Of a stretch of 64,000 bases of DNA, positions 12,109 to 21,948 are shown in pieces. Source of the stretch: Candidatus Omnitrophota bacterium. Its GTDB lineage: Bacteria > Omnitrophota > Gorgyraeia > Gygaellales > Profunditerraquicolaceae. Each line of letters begins with the position of its first letter. The stretch's first letter is position 1. The stretch spans positions 160,032 to 224,031 of the forward strand of contig JBEKSD010000001.1 in the NCBI GenBank assembly GCA_049517335.1, in the 5' to 3' direction. Under the pieces are notes generated by a model that worked only from the letters and a program-made list of their open reading frames with translations, was not told the DNA's origin and did no database searches. Made by a program: the position numbers and the translations under genes.

Positions 12109-12532
12109 AGTTGCAGAAGCAATAAGGGAGGAAGCAAGCCTTATTCTACATGATAAGTTAAAGGACCCGCGTTTAGGGTTCGTAACCATAACCGGGGTGG
12201 AGGTCGCTCCCGATTTAAGGAACGCCAAGATATTCTTCAGCGTCCTCGGAAACGAAGAAGATTACACTAAAACACAAGAGGCGCTTGATTCAGCACTTGG
12301 GTATATCCGTAAATTGATTTCCGAGAGGATAAACCTGAAATTTGCCCCGGAAATAATTTTCAGGCAGGACCGTTCAAGCGAATATAGCGTGCGTATTCAG
12401 GAACTGCTGGATGAGGTAAAGCAAGTGGATGAGGGCAGGCAACAAAATCAACCCGAGAAACCCGCCAAAAAGAAGAGAAAGGCAGCCGAAATTGAGCCTA
12501 AAAAAAGCAGTAGAAACAATAAGAAAAAATAA
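12092..12532 (+). CDS. rbfA: Ribosome-binding factor A with a Lys-rich C-terminal tail
   Basis: KDPRLGFVTIT, DLRNAKIFFS and PEIIFRQD. Confidence 0.93.
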   Translation: MARRDKVAEAIREEASLILHDKLKDPRLGFVTITGVEVAPDLRNAKIFFSVLGNEEDYTKTQEALDSALGYIRKLISERINLKFAPEIIFRQDRSSEYSVRIQELLDEVKQVDEGRQQNQPEKPAKKKRKAAEIEPKKSSRNNKKK

Positions 12533-13460
12533 GAGTTTTCTGATAACCGCCCACACTAATCCTGAAGGTGATGCTTTGGGTTCGGAACTTGCATTTTATC
12601 TTCTCTTAAGGAAGCTCGGAAAAGAAGCGGTTATTGTAAATGAGGATAGCGCCCTTTATGGTTATGAATTCCTGCCCGGAATTGACAACATAAGAAGATA
12701 TAAGAGCGAGAGCCAGAAATTTAATTTTGATTGTTTTGTTACTTTAGATTCTTCTGATTTGAAACGCACGGGCGAGGTCTACCGTTTAAATTGCAATAAT
12801 AAGCCTGTCTTTAATATTGACCATCATATAAGCAATACTAAGTTCGGCAATGTGAACTGGGTTGAACCCGGAGCTTCCTCCTGTTCCGAAATGATCTACC
12901 GGCTCTACAAGGCGATGAAAGTCGGGATAGACAAAGATGCGGCCCTGGCTTTATATACTGGAATACTTACGGATACAGGCTCATTCCGTTATTCCAATAC
13001 TTCAAGTTTTACGCACCATGCGGTTGCGGAGTTACTGAAATACGGAATTGACGTCCCTGAGGTTTACAAGTGCGCCTATGAGAATATCCCTTTTGAAGAT
13101 ATGAAACTTCTGATTAAAATTTTGCCCGAGATAAAGAGATGCGTTAAGGGAAAATTAATCTGGTTTCAGGTGCCTCATAACTTACTTAAGAGAAATAAGG
13201 TATCTTTTGATTTGGCCGAGCATCTTTTAACGTTTGGCCGGGAGATAAAGGGTGTTGATGTGGTGGCGCTTTTTAAGGAAAATTTAGGTGTTAAAGATGA
13301 AATAAGGGTAAACCTGCGCTCGCAGAGCAGAGTTGATGTTAATGAAATAGCTTCTTATTTTGGCGGGGGAGGCCATAAGGCGGCAGCGGGAATTACTATT
13401 CGCGGTAAAATAGATGAAATCCGCCGCAAAGTTCTGGCTAAAATTAAAGAGGCCCTATGA
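12492..13460 (+). CDS. nrnA: DHH/DHHA1 phosphoesterase (NrnA-type); TTG start inferred
   Basis: HTNPEGDALGS, NIDHHISN, TDTGSF and GGGGHKAAAG. Confidence 0.88.
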   Translation: MSLKKAVETIRKNKSFLITAHTNPEGDALGSELAFYLLLRKLGKEAVIVNEDSALYGYEFLPGIDNIRRYKSESQKFNFDCFVTLDSSDLKRTGEVYRLNCNNKPVFNIDHHISNTKFGNVNWVEPGASSCSEMIYRLYKAMKVGIDKDAALALYTGILTDTGSFRYSNTSSFTHHAVAELLKYGIDVPEVYKCAYENIPFEDMKLLIKILPEIKRCVKGKLIWFQVPHNLLKRNKVSFDLAEHLLTFGREIKGVDVVALFKENLGVKDEIRVNLRSQSRVDVNEIASYFGGGGHKAAAGITIRGKIDEIRRKVLAKIKEAL

Positions 13461-14368
13461 AGGTTATACGCGGCATTAAAAATATTAAGGGAATTAAGAA
13501 GTCGGTGGTGGCAATTGGTGTTTTTGACGGCGTGCATTGCGGTCATATCAATATCATAAGAAACGTGGTTAAGCAGGCGCGTAAAATCAGCGGTAAGAGC
13601 GTTGTCGTAACATTCCTGCCTCATCCTCAGAAAGAACCCAGCCTCTATTCGTTAGACCACCGTTTAAGGCTTATTGCCGGGCAGGGGATAAATATTTGTG
13701 TGGTAGTTGATTTTGACCGGAAATTCGCTTCAATCCCGGCTAAAAATTTTATAAAAGACGTACTGTTTAAGAAACTTGGGGCAAAGTATATTTTTGTGGG
13801 CAGTAATTTTCGTTTCGGCAAATACGCAAAAGGCAACATTGATACCTTAAATAAATTTGGCCCGGTTTATGGTTTCAAGGTCAAGGTCTTTAAGGTAATC
13901 CGTAAAGAAGGCCTTGCCGTAAGCAGTACGCTCATCCGGACATTGATAAAAAAAGGTGAACTTGATAAAGCGGAAAATTTACTGACCCGGCCGGTTTCCG
14001 TATTAGGCACTGTAATTAAGGGGGCATCTTTAGCCCGGCAGATGGGAGTGCCCACGGCAAATATTAATCCGCACCATGAAGTTACTCCGGGCGCGGGTAT
14101 TTATGCGGTGCGCGTATTCCTGAATGATAAAAAATATTCCGGCGCCTGTTATATCGGCCGCAAGCCCACGTTCAATATTACAAAAGACAGACATATAGAA
14201 GTGTATATATTTAATTTTAACCGGGATATTTATGGTAAGGATTTGGAAATCCAGTTTTTAAAGAAGATCAGGAATGGCAAAAAGTTCAGTTCGCTGCCGG
14301 CTTTGGCCTGCCAGATAAAGAAAGATATCCGCAAAGTTACACAATATCTATCTACCCGAACCCCCTAA
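13457..14368 (+). CDS. ribF: Bifunctional riboflavin kinase / FAD synthetase
   Basis: GVFDGVHCGH, VSSTLIR, PTAN and IGRKPTF. Confidence 0.95.
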   Translation: MKVIRGIKNIKGIKKSVVAIGVFDGVHCGHINIIRNVVKQARKISGKSVVVTFLPHPQKEPSLYSLDHRLRLIAGQGINICVVVDFDRKFASIPAKNFIKDVLFKKLGAKYIFVGSNFRFGKYAKGNIDTLNKFGPVYGFKVKVFKVIRKEGLAVSSTLIRTLIKKGELDKAENLLTRPVSVLGTVIKGASLARQMGVPTANINPHHEVTPGAGIYAVRVFLNDKKYSGACYIGRKPTFNITKDRHIEVYIFNFNRDIYGKDLEIQFLKKIRNGKKFSSLPALACQIKKDIRKVTQYLSTRTP

Positions 14369-14412
14369 ATACACTACCTATTGTAATTTAATAATTTAGG
14401 TAAATTTTTTTC

Positions 14413-14476
14413 TTGACAAACAGCCTCAATTTTACTAAAATCAATCTACAAAGTGGTTTAAAGTGGAGTAAAGTGG
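14413..14476 (+). promoter_or_regulatory. dcw promoter with three MraZ-binding boxes
   Basis: TTGACA (14413), 17 bp spacer, TAAAAT (14436), then AAGTGG three times at 10-bp periodicity (14451, 14461, 14471), like the GTGG repeats known to bind MraZ. Confidence 0.8.
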
Positions 14477-14480
14477 TTAA

Positions 14481-14539
14481 GCACATAAGTTATGGAGCTT
14501 GCTATTAAATTAGCTCTAAACGACATAACTTATGTGTGC
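14481..14539. repeat. Palindromic element in the mraZ leader
   Basis: Perfect 13-bp inverted repeat CACATAAGTTATG (14482-14494) / CATAACTTATGTG (14524-14536). Confidence 0.8.
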
Positions 14540-14616
14540 GAAGCCATCCTTGACAGTTTACTTTATAAAGTATACTAATAGAAAATGTCAAGGATAGTCA
14601 AGAGGAGTATTTCTTC

Positions 14617-15054
14617 ATGTTTTACGGCGAATATCAACATTCCATAGACCGTAAAGGCCGTCTTATTCTACCCGCCAAATTCCGCGAGGGAGCCAAAGCA
14701 CATTTTATTGAGCGGTTCTTTGTAACGCGCGGACTGGATAAATGTTTGTTTATGCTTTCGGAAGAAGAGTGGCGCTCTCAAGAAAATAAACTTAAATCCA
14801 TGCCTTTTACCAGGCAGCAGTCCCGCATCTTTAACCGCCTTTATTTCTCAGGGGCAATAGAAGTGGTTCCGGATTCCCAAGGAAGAATCCTACTCCCGCA
14901 GAATTTAAAAGATTACGCCGAGATTAAAAGGGAAGTCGTTGTGGTGGGAGTTTCTAACAGGATTGAGATTTGGGCAAAGAACAAGTGGGATGAATTTTAT
15001 TCAAATTCGCGGGAATCCTATGAAGAGATTTCCGAGAAGCTGATGGAAATATAG
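14617..15054 (+). CDS. mraZ: Transcriptional regulator MraZ
   Basis: DRKGRLILPAKFR and DSQGRILLP duplicated motifs; first gene of the dcw cluster. Confidence 0.96.
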   Translation: MFYGEYQHSIDRKGRLILPAKFREGAKAHFIERFFVTRGLDKCLFMLSEEEWRSQENKLKSMPFTRQQSRIFNRLYFSGAIEVVPDSQGRILLPQNLKDYAEIKREVVVVGVSNRIEIWAKNKWDEFYSNSRESYEEISEKLMEI

Positions 15055-15059
15055 TTTTT

Positions 15060-15959
15060 ATGGAAGTTAAATATCACGTTCCAGTAATGCTGGAAGAAGT
15101 AATAGATTATTTGAAGCTTCAGCCCGGGATGACGATAGTGGATGCAACAATGGGGACCGGCGGCCACAGTATGGCGGTTATGGAACGTATCATGCCGGGG
15201 GGACGGTTAATCGGGATTGACCGGGACAAAGAGTCGCTTGAGGTCTGTCGCCGTAGGTTCAAAGATTACAGCACGGCGTGCGAATTCGTACATGCTAACT
15301 TTATTGATTTAGACTTGGTATTAAAAAATATGAGCATTAATAAAATTGACGGCATACTTTTTGATTTAGGTATTTCTTCTTTTCAGTTAGCGGATGCGCA
15401 AAGGGGCTTTAGTTTTCAGAATGCCGGGCCGTTAGATATGCGCCTCGACAGGGAAAGCTATATTTCAGCCTATGACTTGGTAAATAACCTGAATGAAGAG
15501 GAAATTTCAGGGTTACTATGGGCATTCGGAGAAGAACGCTGGCACAATAGGATTGCCCATCTCCTGGTGCAGGAAAGGGAGAGGCAGCCCATTTCTACTA
15601 CGGAGCAATTGGCGAATATCGTCGAGCGGTCCATCCCATACAGGTACAGGCACAGATATTACCGTATTCACCCTGCGACCCGGACATTTCAGGCGGTGCG
15701 CATCGCCGTTAACAGGGAGCTGGAAATTTTAGAGGAAGCAATAAATAAGGCAATTGATTTTCTGCACGGAAGATGTAGGATATGCGTTATTTCGTTTCAT
15801 TCTTTGGAGGACAGGCAGGTAAAGCATGCATTCCGCAAAGCGGCATTTGACGGTTTGATAAATATAATAACTAACAAGCCGCTAACTCCCGGGATGGGTG
15901 AAATCCAGGCGAACCCTTCCAGCCGTAGTTCCAAGCTGAGGGTTGCAGAAAGATTATAA
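15060..15959 (+). CDS. rsmH: 16S rRNA m4C1402 methyltransferase
   Basis: HVPVM, DATMGTGGHS, DLGISSFQ, HPATRTFQA and SFHSLEDR. Confidence 0.97.
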   Translation: MEVKYHVPVMLEEVIDYLKLQPGMTIVDATMGTGGHSMAVMERIMPGGRLIGIDRDKESLEVCRRRFKDYSTACEFVHANFIDLDLVLKNMSINKIDGILFDLGISSFQLADAQRGFSFQNAGPLDMRLDRESYISAYDLVNNLNEEEISGLLWAFGEERWHNRIAHLLVQERERQPISTTEQLANIVERSIPYRYRHRYYRIHPATRTFQAVRIAVNRELEILEEAINKAIDFLHGRCRICVISFHSLEDRQVKHAFRKAAFDGLINIITNKPLTPGMGEIQANPSSRSSKLRVAERL

Positions 15960-15960
15960 G

Positions 15961-16332
15961 ATGATGAGAATATCCAGATTTGTCACGGTAGTCAGCTTCA
16001 TTACTTGTTTTTCCCTCCTTTACGTTTACCAACAATCTGAAATCTTCCGCCTCGCTTATGTAGGCCAAAAAAATCAGGTATCTTTTCAGGATTTACTTGA
16101 TAAGAACACCATTCTAAGATACAATATAGAAAGAAATGCCTCACTTATCTCTATCGGGAATAAGATCTCAAAGGAAAAAGATTTCCAGATGCCTGACAGT
16201 TACCGTCTGGTAAAGTTATCTCCGACAAAAGAAGGCTTTAGGATTAGTCCGGAAAGTCCCTCAAAGCAGACGCTTATAGCCAGGATTTTCGGGATAAGAA
16301 GCCAGGCTGAGGCAGAAATAATCAATCCATAA
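15961..16332 (+). CDS. ftsL: FtsL-like bitopic cell division protein
   Basis: Single N-terminal TM segment followed by a short coiled coil; canonical position between rsmH and ftsI. Confidence 0.55.
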   Translation: MMRISRFVTVVSFITCFSLLYVYQQSEIFRLAYVGQKNQVSFQDLLDKNTILRYNIERNASLISIGNKISKEKDFQMPDSYRLVKLSPTKEGFRISPESPSKQTLIARIFGIRSQAEAEIINP

Positions 16333-16382
16333 AATACAGAATTTAATAACAATATTTTCATAGCAATTACGAACTGCTGACT

Positions 16383-18113
16383 GTGTATATAAATAATTAT
16401 CGCCGTAGAAGCGAGGCGGTATTTTTATTTTTTCTCCTGTTGTTGTTAATTTTCATCCTGCGTCTTTTGTTCATCCAGTTTTTTCGCTCAAGCTACCTTT
16501 CCGCGATAGCCGATAAACAGCATAATTTATTCGTTGAGCTTGAACCCGTAAGGGGTACTATCTATGACTGCCGGCACCGGCCTCAAGGCATTAACCTACC
16601 TGCCGAATCCCTCTATGCGTCGCCCAATGAAATAAAAGATAATGACAAAGATGCGATTATAAAGAAACTTACCCCCTTATTTGAAGCCGATTACGCTTAC
16701 CTGAAAGAAAAGCTCGACAAAAAAAAGTCATTTGTATGGCTGTATCGTAAACTTACTCCCGAACAGTCGCTGGCGATTAAAAAATTGAATATCAAAGGGC
16801 TGGGGTTCATAAAAGAAAGCAGGCGTACTTACCCCAACAGTTACCTGGCCAGCCATGTTTTAGGTTTCGCCGGTCTTGATAATACCGGCCTGGAAGGAAC
16901 GGAACTTTACCGGGATAAATATTTAAAAGGGATAGCGGGCTGGGCAGTGTTTTTAAGGGATGCCCGCCAGAAACGGCTTGATTTGTGGCGCAAGATGGTC
17001 CTGCCGAGGGACGGGTTGAATTTAACATTGACTATTGATGAGGTAATCCAATATATCGCGGAAAGAGAACTGGATAAGGCATTCAGGGCTTATCACGCCA
17101 AAGGCGCAAGCATTATCGTGATGGACCCGCATACGGGAGCGATACTTGCGCTTGCCAACCGGCCTACCTATGATTTGAATAACCATTCTAATGTGAATAA
17201 GGATATGACCCGGGACCGCGCAATCTGCGATATGTTTGAACCGGGCTCGGTTTTTAAGATCGTTACCGCGTCTGCGGCTCTGGAAGAGAATAAAGTACGC
17301 GAGGAAGACAGGTTTTTTTGTGAAAATGGCGCTTATCGTTTCGGCGCTCATCTTTTGCATGACCACACCCCCCACGGCTGGCTCACCTTTAGGGAAGTTA
17401 TCGAACAATCCAGCAATATCGGGACGGTAAAAGTCGCTTTATTGCTTGGACCTGAGGTAGTTTACCGCTACGCGAAGCTATTCGGTTTCGGCACAAAAAC
17501 AGGCATTGATTTGCCTGGAGAAATTAACGGACTACTTAGGCCGGTACACCAATGGTCAAAAATGTCTATCAGTTCGGTCCCGATAGGGCAGGAAGTAGGC
17601 GTTACGGCAATACAACTTGCCGCGGCAATTTCAGTGATTGCCAACGGAGGGCAGTTAATGAAGCCCTACATTTTAGAGGAGGTCCGGGATAAAGAGGGGC
17701 AGCTCATTAAGCGCACCTCTCCTGTTTTGATGCATAAAGTAATTTCCGTTGATACGGCATCCCGGATGAAGAAGATGCTCACCGGGGTTGTGGAGGAAGG
17801 GACGGGCAAGCTGGCCAAACTTATTGGCTTTAGCGCCGCCGGGAAAACAGGTACCGCGCAGAAGCTAGAACCCAACGGAACATATTCGCACAATAAATTC
17901 GTAGCTACATTTATGGGTTTTGCCCCGGCGGAAGATCCGCTGGTAACGATAGTTGTTACCCTGGATGAGCCGTACCCGTATTACGGAGGCGTGGTCGCGG
18001 CCCCCGTATTTAAAAATGTCGCAGGAGACGTCATCAGGTACCTTAAAACGACTCAAAACCAACAGGCTCAAAGGTACATTTATACTTTAGATGAAATTAA
18101 CAAAGCTGATTAA
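16383..18113 (+). CDS. ftsI: Class B penicillin-binding protein FtsI/PBP3
   Basis: RGTIYD, RTYP, EPGSVFK (SxxK), SSN and KTGTAQ; dcw position. Confidence 0.92.
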   Translation: MYINNYRRRSEAVFLFFLLLLLIFILRLLFIQFFRSSYLSAIADKQHNLFVELEPVRGTIYDCRHRPQGINLPAESLYASPNEIKDNDKDAIIKKLTPLFEADYAYLKEKLDKKKSFVWLYRKLTPEQSLAIKKLNIKGLGFIKESRRTYPNSYLASHVLGFAGLDNTGLEGTELYRDKYLKGIAGWAVFLRDARQKRLDLWRKMVLPRDGLNLTLTIDEVIQYIAERELDKAFRAYHAKGASIIVMDPHTGAILALANRPTYDLNNHSNVNKDMTRDRAICDMFEPGSVFKIVTASAALEENKVREEDRFFCENGAYRFGAHLLHDHTPHGWLTFREVIEQSSNIGTVKVALLLGPEVVYRYAKLFGFGTKTGIDLPGEINGLLRPVHQWSKMSISSVPIGQEVGVTAIQLAAAISVIANGGQLMKPYILEEVRDKEGQLIKRTSPVLMHKVISVDTASRMKKMLTGVVEEGTGKLAKLIGFSAAGKTGTAQKLEPNGTYSHNKFVATFMGFAPAEDPLVTIVVTLDEPYPYYGGVVAAPVFKNVAGDVIRYLKTTQNQQAQRYIYTLDEINKAD

Positions 18114-19512
18114 GAAAGCTAAATTATCTCTTTCTCTGCCTGAAACCAGGGACTTTACTGTGCGGGGCATCACCTGTAATTCCGGGCAGGTAAAAAAGGG
18201 TTTTGTCTTTATAGCCATAAAAGGGTGCAGTAACGACGGAACCAGATTTATTCATCAAGCGCTGAAAAACGGGGCCGGAGCCGTAATTTCTCCTTTGACA
18301 GTGCCGCCTGAGATAAATACCCGTTTAATTGCGGCAAAGCTTGCAGCGGAGTTTTACGCTAACCCTTCCGCTAAAATCAGGGTCGTAGGGATTACCGGAA
18401 CGAATGGAAAGACAACGGTATCGTATCTTTTGGAAAGAGTACTAAAAGAAGCACTGAAAAATCCCGCAGTAATCGGTACGATTAATTACCGTTTTAATAA
18501 AAGGATAATCCCTTCAAATAATACCACCCCCGGTCCGGTAGACCTGCAGCATATGCTTAGCCGTATGCTAAAAGGAAAAGTTACTCATTGTGTTATGGAA
18601 GTTTCATCGCACGCTTTGGATCAGGAGAGGGTTAAGGGAATAGGTTTTAGTTCCGCTATATTTACGAACCTCACAAGCGACCATCTTGATTACCATAAAA
18701 CTTTATCTGGCTATTTCAAGGCAAAAGCAAAGCTGTTTAAGGAATTGGATAGAAAAGCATTCGCCGTGATAAATAACGACGATAAATATGCGCGTTTCCT
18801 TAAGAAAATATGCGCCGCTAAGGTTATCACCTACGGAATAAATAAAAGTTCATCGGTGATGGCGCGCAATATAAAATTTAATCCTTCATCTACGGAATTT
18901 ATCCTGAAGATTCCCCGAAAAGAACTTTTAATCAAAACTAAACTTATCGGTAGGCATAATGTCTATAATGTCCTTAGCGTAATTGCCTGGGCATTAAACG
19001 AAGGAATAAAATTCTCCCATATAAAACGCGCGATTGAAGGGTTTGACTTCGTGCCGGGCAGGCTTGAAAGGGTGGAATGTAAAAAAGGGTTTTCGGTTTT
19101 TGTGGATTACGCCCATACCGAAGATGCCCTAAGGAACATAATCCGGTCTTTAAGGCAGGTCTCTAAAGGAAGGATTATTGTTGTCTTTGGCTGCGGAGGA
19201 GACCGCGATAAAATAAAGAGGCCGAAGATGGGCAAGACCGTAACGGAACTGGCGGATTATGCCTTGATTACCAGCGATAATCCCCGCTCGGAAGACCCCG
19301 CAGAGATAGCCCGCGATATTATAAAAGGCATACGCAAAAAAAATTATGCCGTAATCCTGCAGCGCAGGGATGCGATAAAGAAATCTCTTGTATTGGCAAA
19401 AAACGGCGATATCGTATTGATTGCCGGCAAGGGCCATGAAACTTATCAGGTAATAAAAGATAAAAAAATCCATTTTGACGACAGGAAAGTGGTTAAATCA
19501 TGTTTAAAGTAA
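18091..19512 (+). CDS. murE: UDP-MurNAc-tripeptide synthetase (meso-DAP type)
   Basis: GTNGKTT, MEVSSHAL, DYAHT, DNPR (DAP specificity motif) and GKGHE. Confidence 0.96.
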   Translation: MKLTKLIKKAKLSLSLPETRDFTVRGITCNSGQVKKGFVFIAIKGCSNDGTRFIHQALKNGAGAVISPLTVPPEINTRLIAAKLAAEFYANPSAKIRVVGITGTNGKTTVSYLLERVLKEALKNPAVIGTINYRFNKRIIPSNNTTPGPVDLQHMLSRMLKGKVTHCVMEVSSHALDQERVKGIGFSSAIFTNLTSDHLDYHKTLSGYFKAKAKLFKELDRKAFAVINNDDKYARFLKKICAAKVITYGINKSSSVMARNIKFNPSSTEFILKIPRKELLIKTKLIGRHNVYNVLSVIAWALNEGIKFSHIKRAIEGFDFVPGRLERVECKKGFSVFVDYAHTEDALRNIIRSLRQVSKGRIIVVFGCGGDRDKIKRPKMGKTVTELADYALITSDNPRSEDPAEIARDIIKGIRKKNYAVILQRRDAIKKSLVLAKNGDIVLIAGKGHETYQVIKDKKIHFDDRKVVKSCLK

Positions 19513-20852
19513 CGGAATTGCTAAAAGCTACTAAAGGAAGGCTCTCAAGCGGAGAATCCAATACCGTCGTCAAATCCATATCCATAGATTCAAGGACGCT
19601 CCTCCGGGGCGAGGCTTTTTTGGCTATTAAAGGCGATAATTTTGACGGCCACGATTTTGTTAATGAAGCAATAAGCAGGGGCGCTGTAGCCGTTATCCTC
19701 CATAAGAATGTAAAAATCAAAAATCATGGGGTTTGTTGCATAAGAGTCAAAAATACAACTACGGCTTTGGGCGATATCGCGCGTTTCCACAGGGATAAAT
19801 TTAACATTCCGGTAATTGCGGTCACCGGTTCAAACGGAAAGACGACCGCCAAAGAAATGATTGTTTCTGTTTTGGGCTTAAAAGGAAAGGTCCTGAAGAG
19901 TCCGGGAACGAATAACAACCATATCGGCCTACCTAAAACCCTTCTTGAGCTGAACAATACGCATAATTTTGCCGTAGTTGAATTGGGGACAAACCATAGC
20001 GGGGAGATTGAGTACTTGAGCGGCATTTGCAAGCCAGATATTGCGGTAATTACCAATGTCGCTGCTTCGCATCTTAAGCATTTCGGGAGTTTAAAAGGTG
20101 TTTTAACTGAAAAATACAGTATCGTTGATAATTTGAATAAAAAAGGTTTAGTAATACTTAATGCCGATGACGGTTTTTTGGCAGGTAAGCTTAAGGCTAA
20201 ATTTCCTTTCAAGCTCAGTTTCGGCATAAAAAATAAAGCGGAATTCCGCTCAGGCGCTATTAAGGTTAAGGGCCCGAAGACTGAATTTACGGTTAACGGA
20301 AAATATAAATTTGCACTGGATACTCTGGGGTATTATAATATATATAATGCGCTCTGCGCTATTGCCTGCGGTCGTATCTTTGGCTTAAGCTACGATGGAT
20401 TAAGGCAGCGCCTGTCAGGTTTTGTATTCCCTAAAGGTCGCCTGAATTTAATAGAGATAAACCGGATTAAATTTATTGACGATACTTATAATTCTAACCC
20501 TTACTCGTTAAAGCGAGCGCTGGAAGCATTAGATGCTTATGATATAAAGGGAAGGAAGATTTTTGTTATGGGAGATATGATGGAACTGGGTAAGAGGGAA
20601 CATTTATTCCATATGCAGGCGGTAAAGGCGGCATTAAAGGTTTGCAATATTTTAATCACTGCCGGAAGCCTTACTAAAGCGGCGGTAGAAGCGTTAGGGA
20701 GCGGAAGCGCCGAAAAAGGGAGGATATTTAGCGCTCAGACTTCAAGGCAAGCAAGGCGAATTTTATCGCTGAGGATTTTTCCGGGGGGAAATGATATCGT
20801 CCTCGTTAAAGGTTCGCGCAGAATGTTCATGGAAGAGGTTTTGAAAATCTAA
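19500..20852 (+). CDS. murF: UDP-MurNAc-pentapeptide synthetase
   Basis: TGSNGKTTAKE, NNHIGLP, DTYNSNP, GDMMELG and KGSR. Confidence 0.96.
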   Translation: MFKVTELLKATKGRLSSGESNTVVKSISIDSRTLLRGEAFLAIKGDNFDGHDFVNEAISRGAVAVILHKNVKIKNHGVCCIRVKNTTTALGDIARFHRDKFNIPVIAVTGSNGKTTAKEMIVSVLGLKGKVLKSPGTNNNHIGLPKTLLELNNTHNFAVVELGTNHSGEIEYLSGICKPDIAVITNVAASHLKHFGSLKGVLTEKYSIVDNLNKKGLVILNADDGFLAGKLKAKFPFKLSFGIKNKAEFRSGAIKVKGPKTEFTVNGKYKFALDTLGYYNIYNALCAIACGRIFGLSYDGLRQRLSGFVFPKGRLNLIEINRIKFIDDTYNSNPYSLKRALEALDAYDIKGRKIFVMGDMMELGKREHLFHMQAVKAALKVCNILITAGSLTKAAVEALGSGSAEKGRIFSAQTSRQARRILSLRIFPGGNDIVLVKGSRRMFMEEVLKI

Positions 20853-20853
20853 T

Positions 20854-21942
20854 ATGTTATATCTCTGGTTCTATCCTTTGCACGAATTTTTTTCAGCGCT
20901 CAATATCTTCCGCTATATTACCTTCCGTTCGGCAATGGCAGCGTTGACCGCATTTATTTTAAGCCTGATTTTCGGCCCTCTCGTAATCAGGAAACTAAAA
21001 GAATTAAAAATAGGGGAAAAGATAACCAAGCAGGATAGTCTCAGGCTGGACGAACTGCATAACCATAAAAAAGACACTCCCACTATGGGAGGGATTCTGA
21101 TCATCGGGGTAATCCTGATTTCAACCCTGCTCTGGGCGGATATTACCAATCGTTTTATTTTAGTCGTGACATTCTCTATGGTTTGGCTCGGGGTAACTGG
21201 TTTTATAGACGATTATCTTAAGCAGACAAAGAAGAGGGCAAAGGGCCTGCCCGCAATTGCAAAATTTACCAGCCAGATTGTTTTGGGGCTTATACTCGGG
21301 GTTATCCTGCTTTTGTATTTTCAGGGCTTGGTTAAGCTGGACATACCTTTCTTTAAAAATATTTCACTGGATTTAGACGGCTTATACATACTATTCGTGA
21401 TTGTGGTAATTGCCGGGACGTCCAATGCCGTAAACCTTACCGACGGGCTTGACGGTTTGGCAATAGGCATTGTGGCAATGGTGGCAATTGCTTTTAGTGT
21501 ATTATGTTATGTTTCAGGCAACATTAAGTTCAGCGAATACCTTTTTATACCTTTTATCAAAGGAAGCGCAGAATTAACGGTCTTCTGTGCCGCTATCCTG
21601 GGTGCTGCACTTGGATTTTTGTGGTTTAACTGTTACCCGGCTTCCGTTTTCATGGGTGATGTCGGCTCGCTTGCATTAGGCGGAGCTTTGGGTACGGTAG
21701 CGCTATTAATCAAAAAAGAGATGCTTCTTGTTATAGTCGGAGGCATTTTTGTAGTGGAGGCGCTTTCGGTAATCCTGCAGGTCGGCTCTTTTAAGCTGAC
21801 TAAGAAAAGGATTTTTAAGATAGCACCCTTGCATCACCATTTTCAATTCCTTAACTGGCAGGAAAACAAGGTTATCGTCAGATTCTGGATTATTGCAGGT
21901 TTCCTAGCGCTCCTTGCCGTTATTACCCTGAAGATTCGTTAA
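20854..21942 (+). CDS. mraY: Phospho-MurNAc-pentapeptide transferase
   Basis: TPTMGG, NAVNLTDGLDGLA, FMGDVGS and APLHHHF. Confidence 0.98.
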   Translation: MLYLWFYPLHEFFSALNIFRYITFRSAMAALTAFILSLIFGPLVIRKLKELKIGEKITKQDSLRLDELHNHKKDTPTMGGILIIGVILISTLLWADITNRFILVVTFSMVWLGVTGFIDDYLKQTKKRAKGLPAIAKFTSQIVLGLILGVILLLYFQGLVKLDIPFFKNISLDLDGLYILFVIVVIAGTSNAVNLTDGLDGLAIGIVAMVAIAFSVLCYVSGNIKFSEYLFIPFIKGSAELTVFCAAILGAALGFLWFNCYPASVFMGDVGSLALGGALGTVALLIKKEMLLVIVGGIFVVEALSVILQVGSFKLTKKRIFKIAPLHHHFQFLNWQENKVIVRFWIIAGFLALLAVITLKIR

Positions 21943-21948
21943 CCTTTC

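Noticed and set aside
14451-14480. AAGTGG 10-bp periodic repeats as a CRISPR, iteron or novel repeat
   Set aside because: Fully explained as MraZ operator boxes. I saw no CRISPR array or cas gene anywhere in the window.
14550-14576. Second dcw promoter TTGACA...TATACT
   Set aside because: The spacer is only 15 bp and the TTGACA is part of a 10-bp inverted repeat. Not supported, though not excluded.
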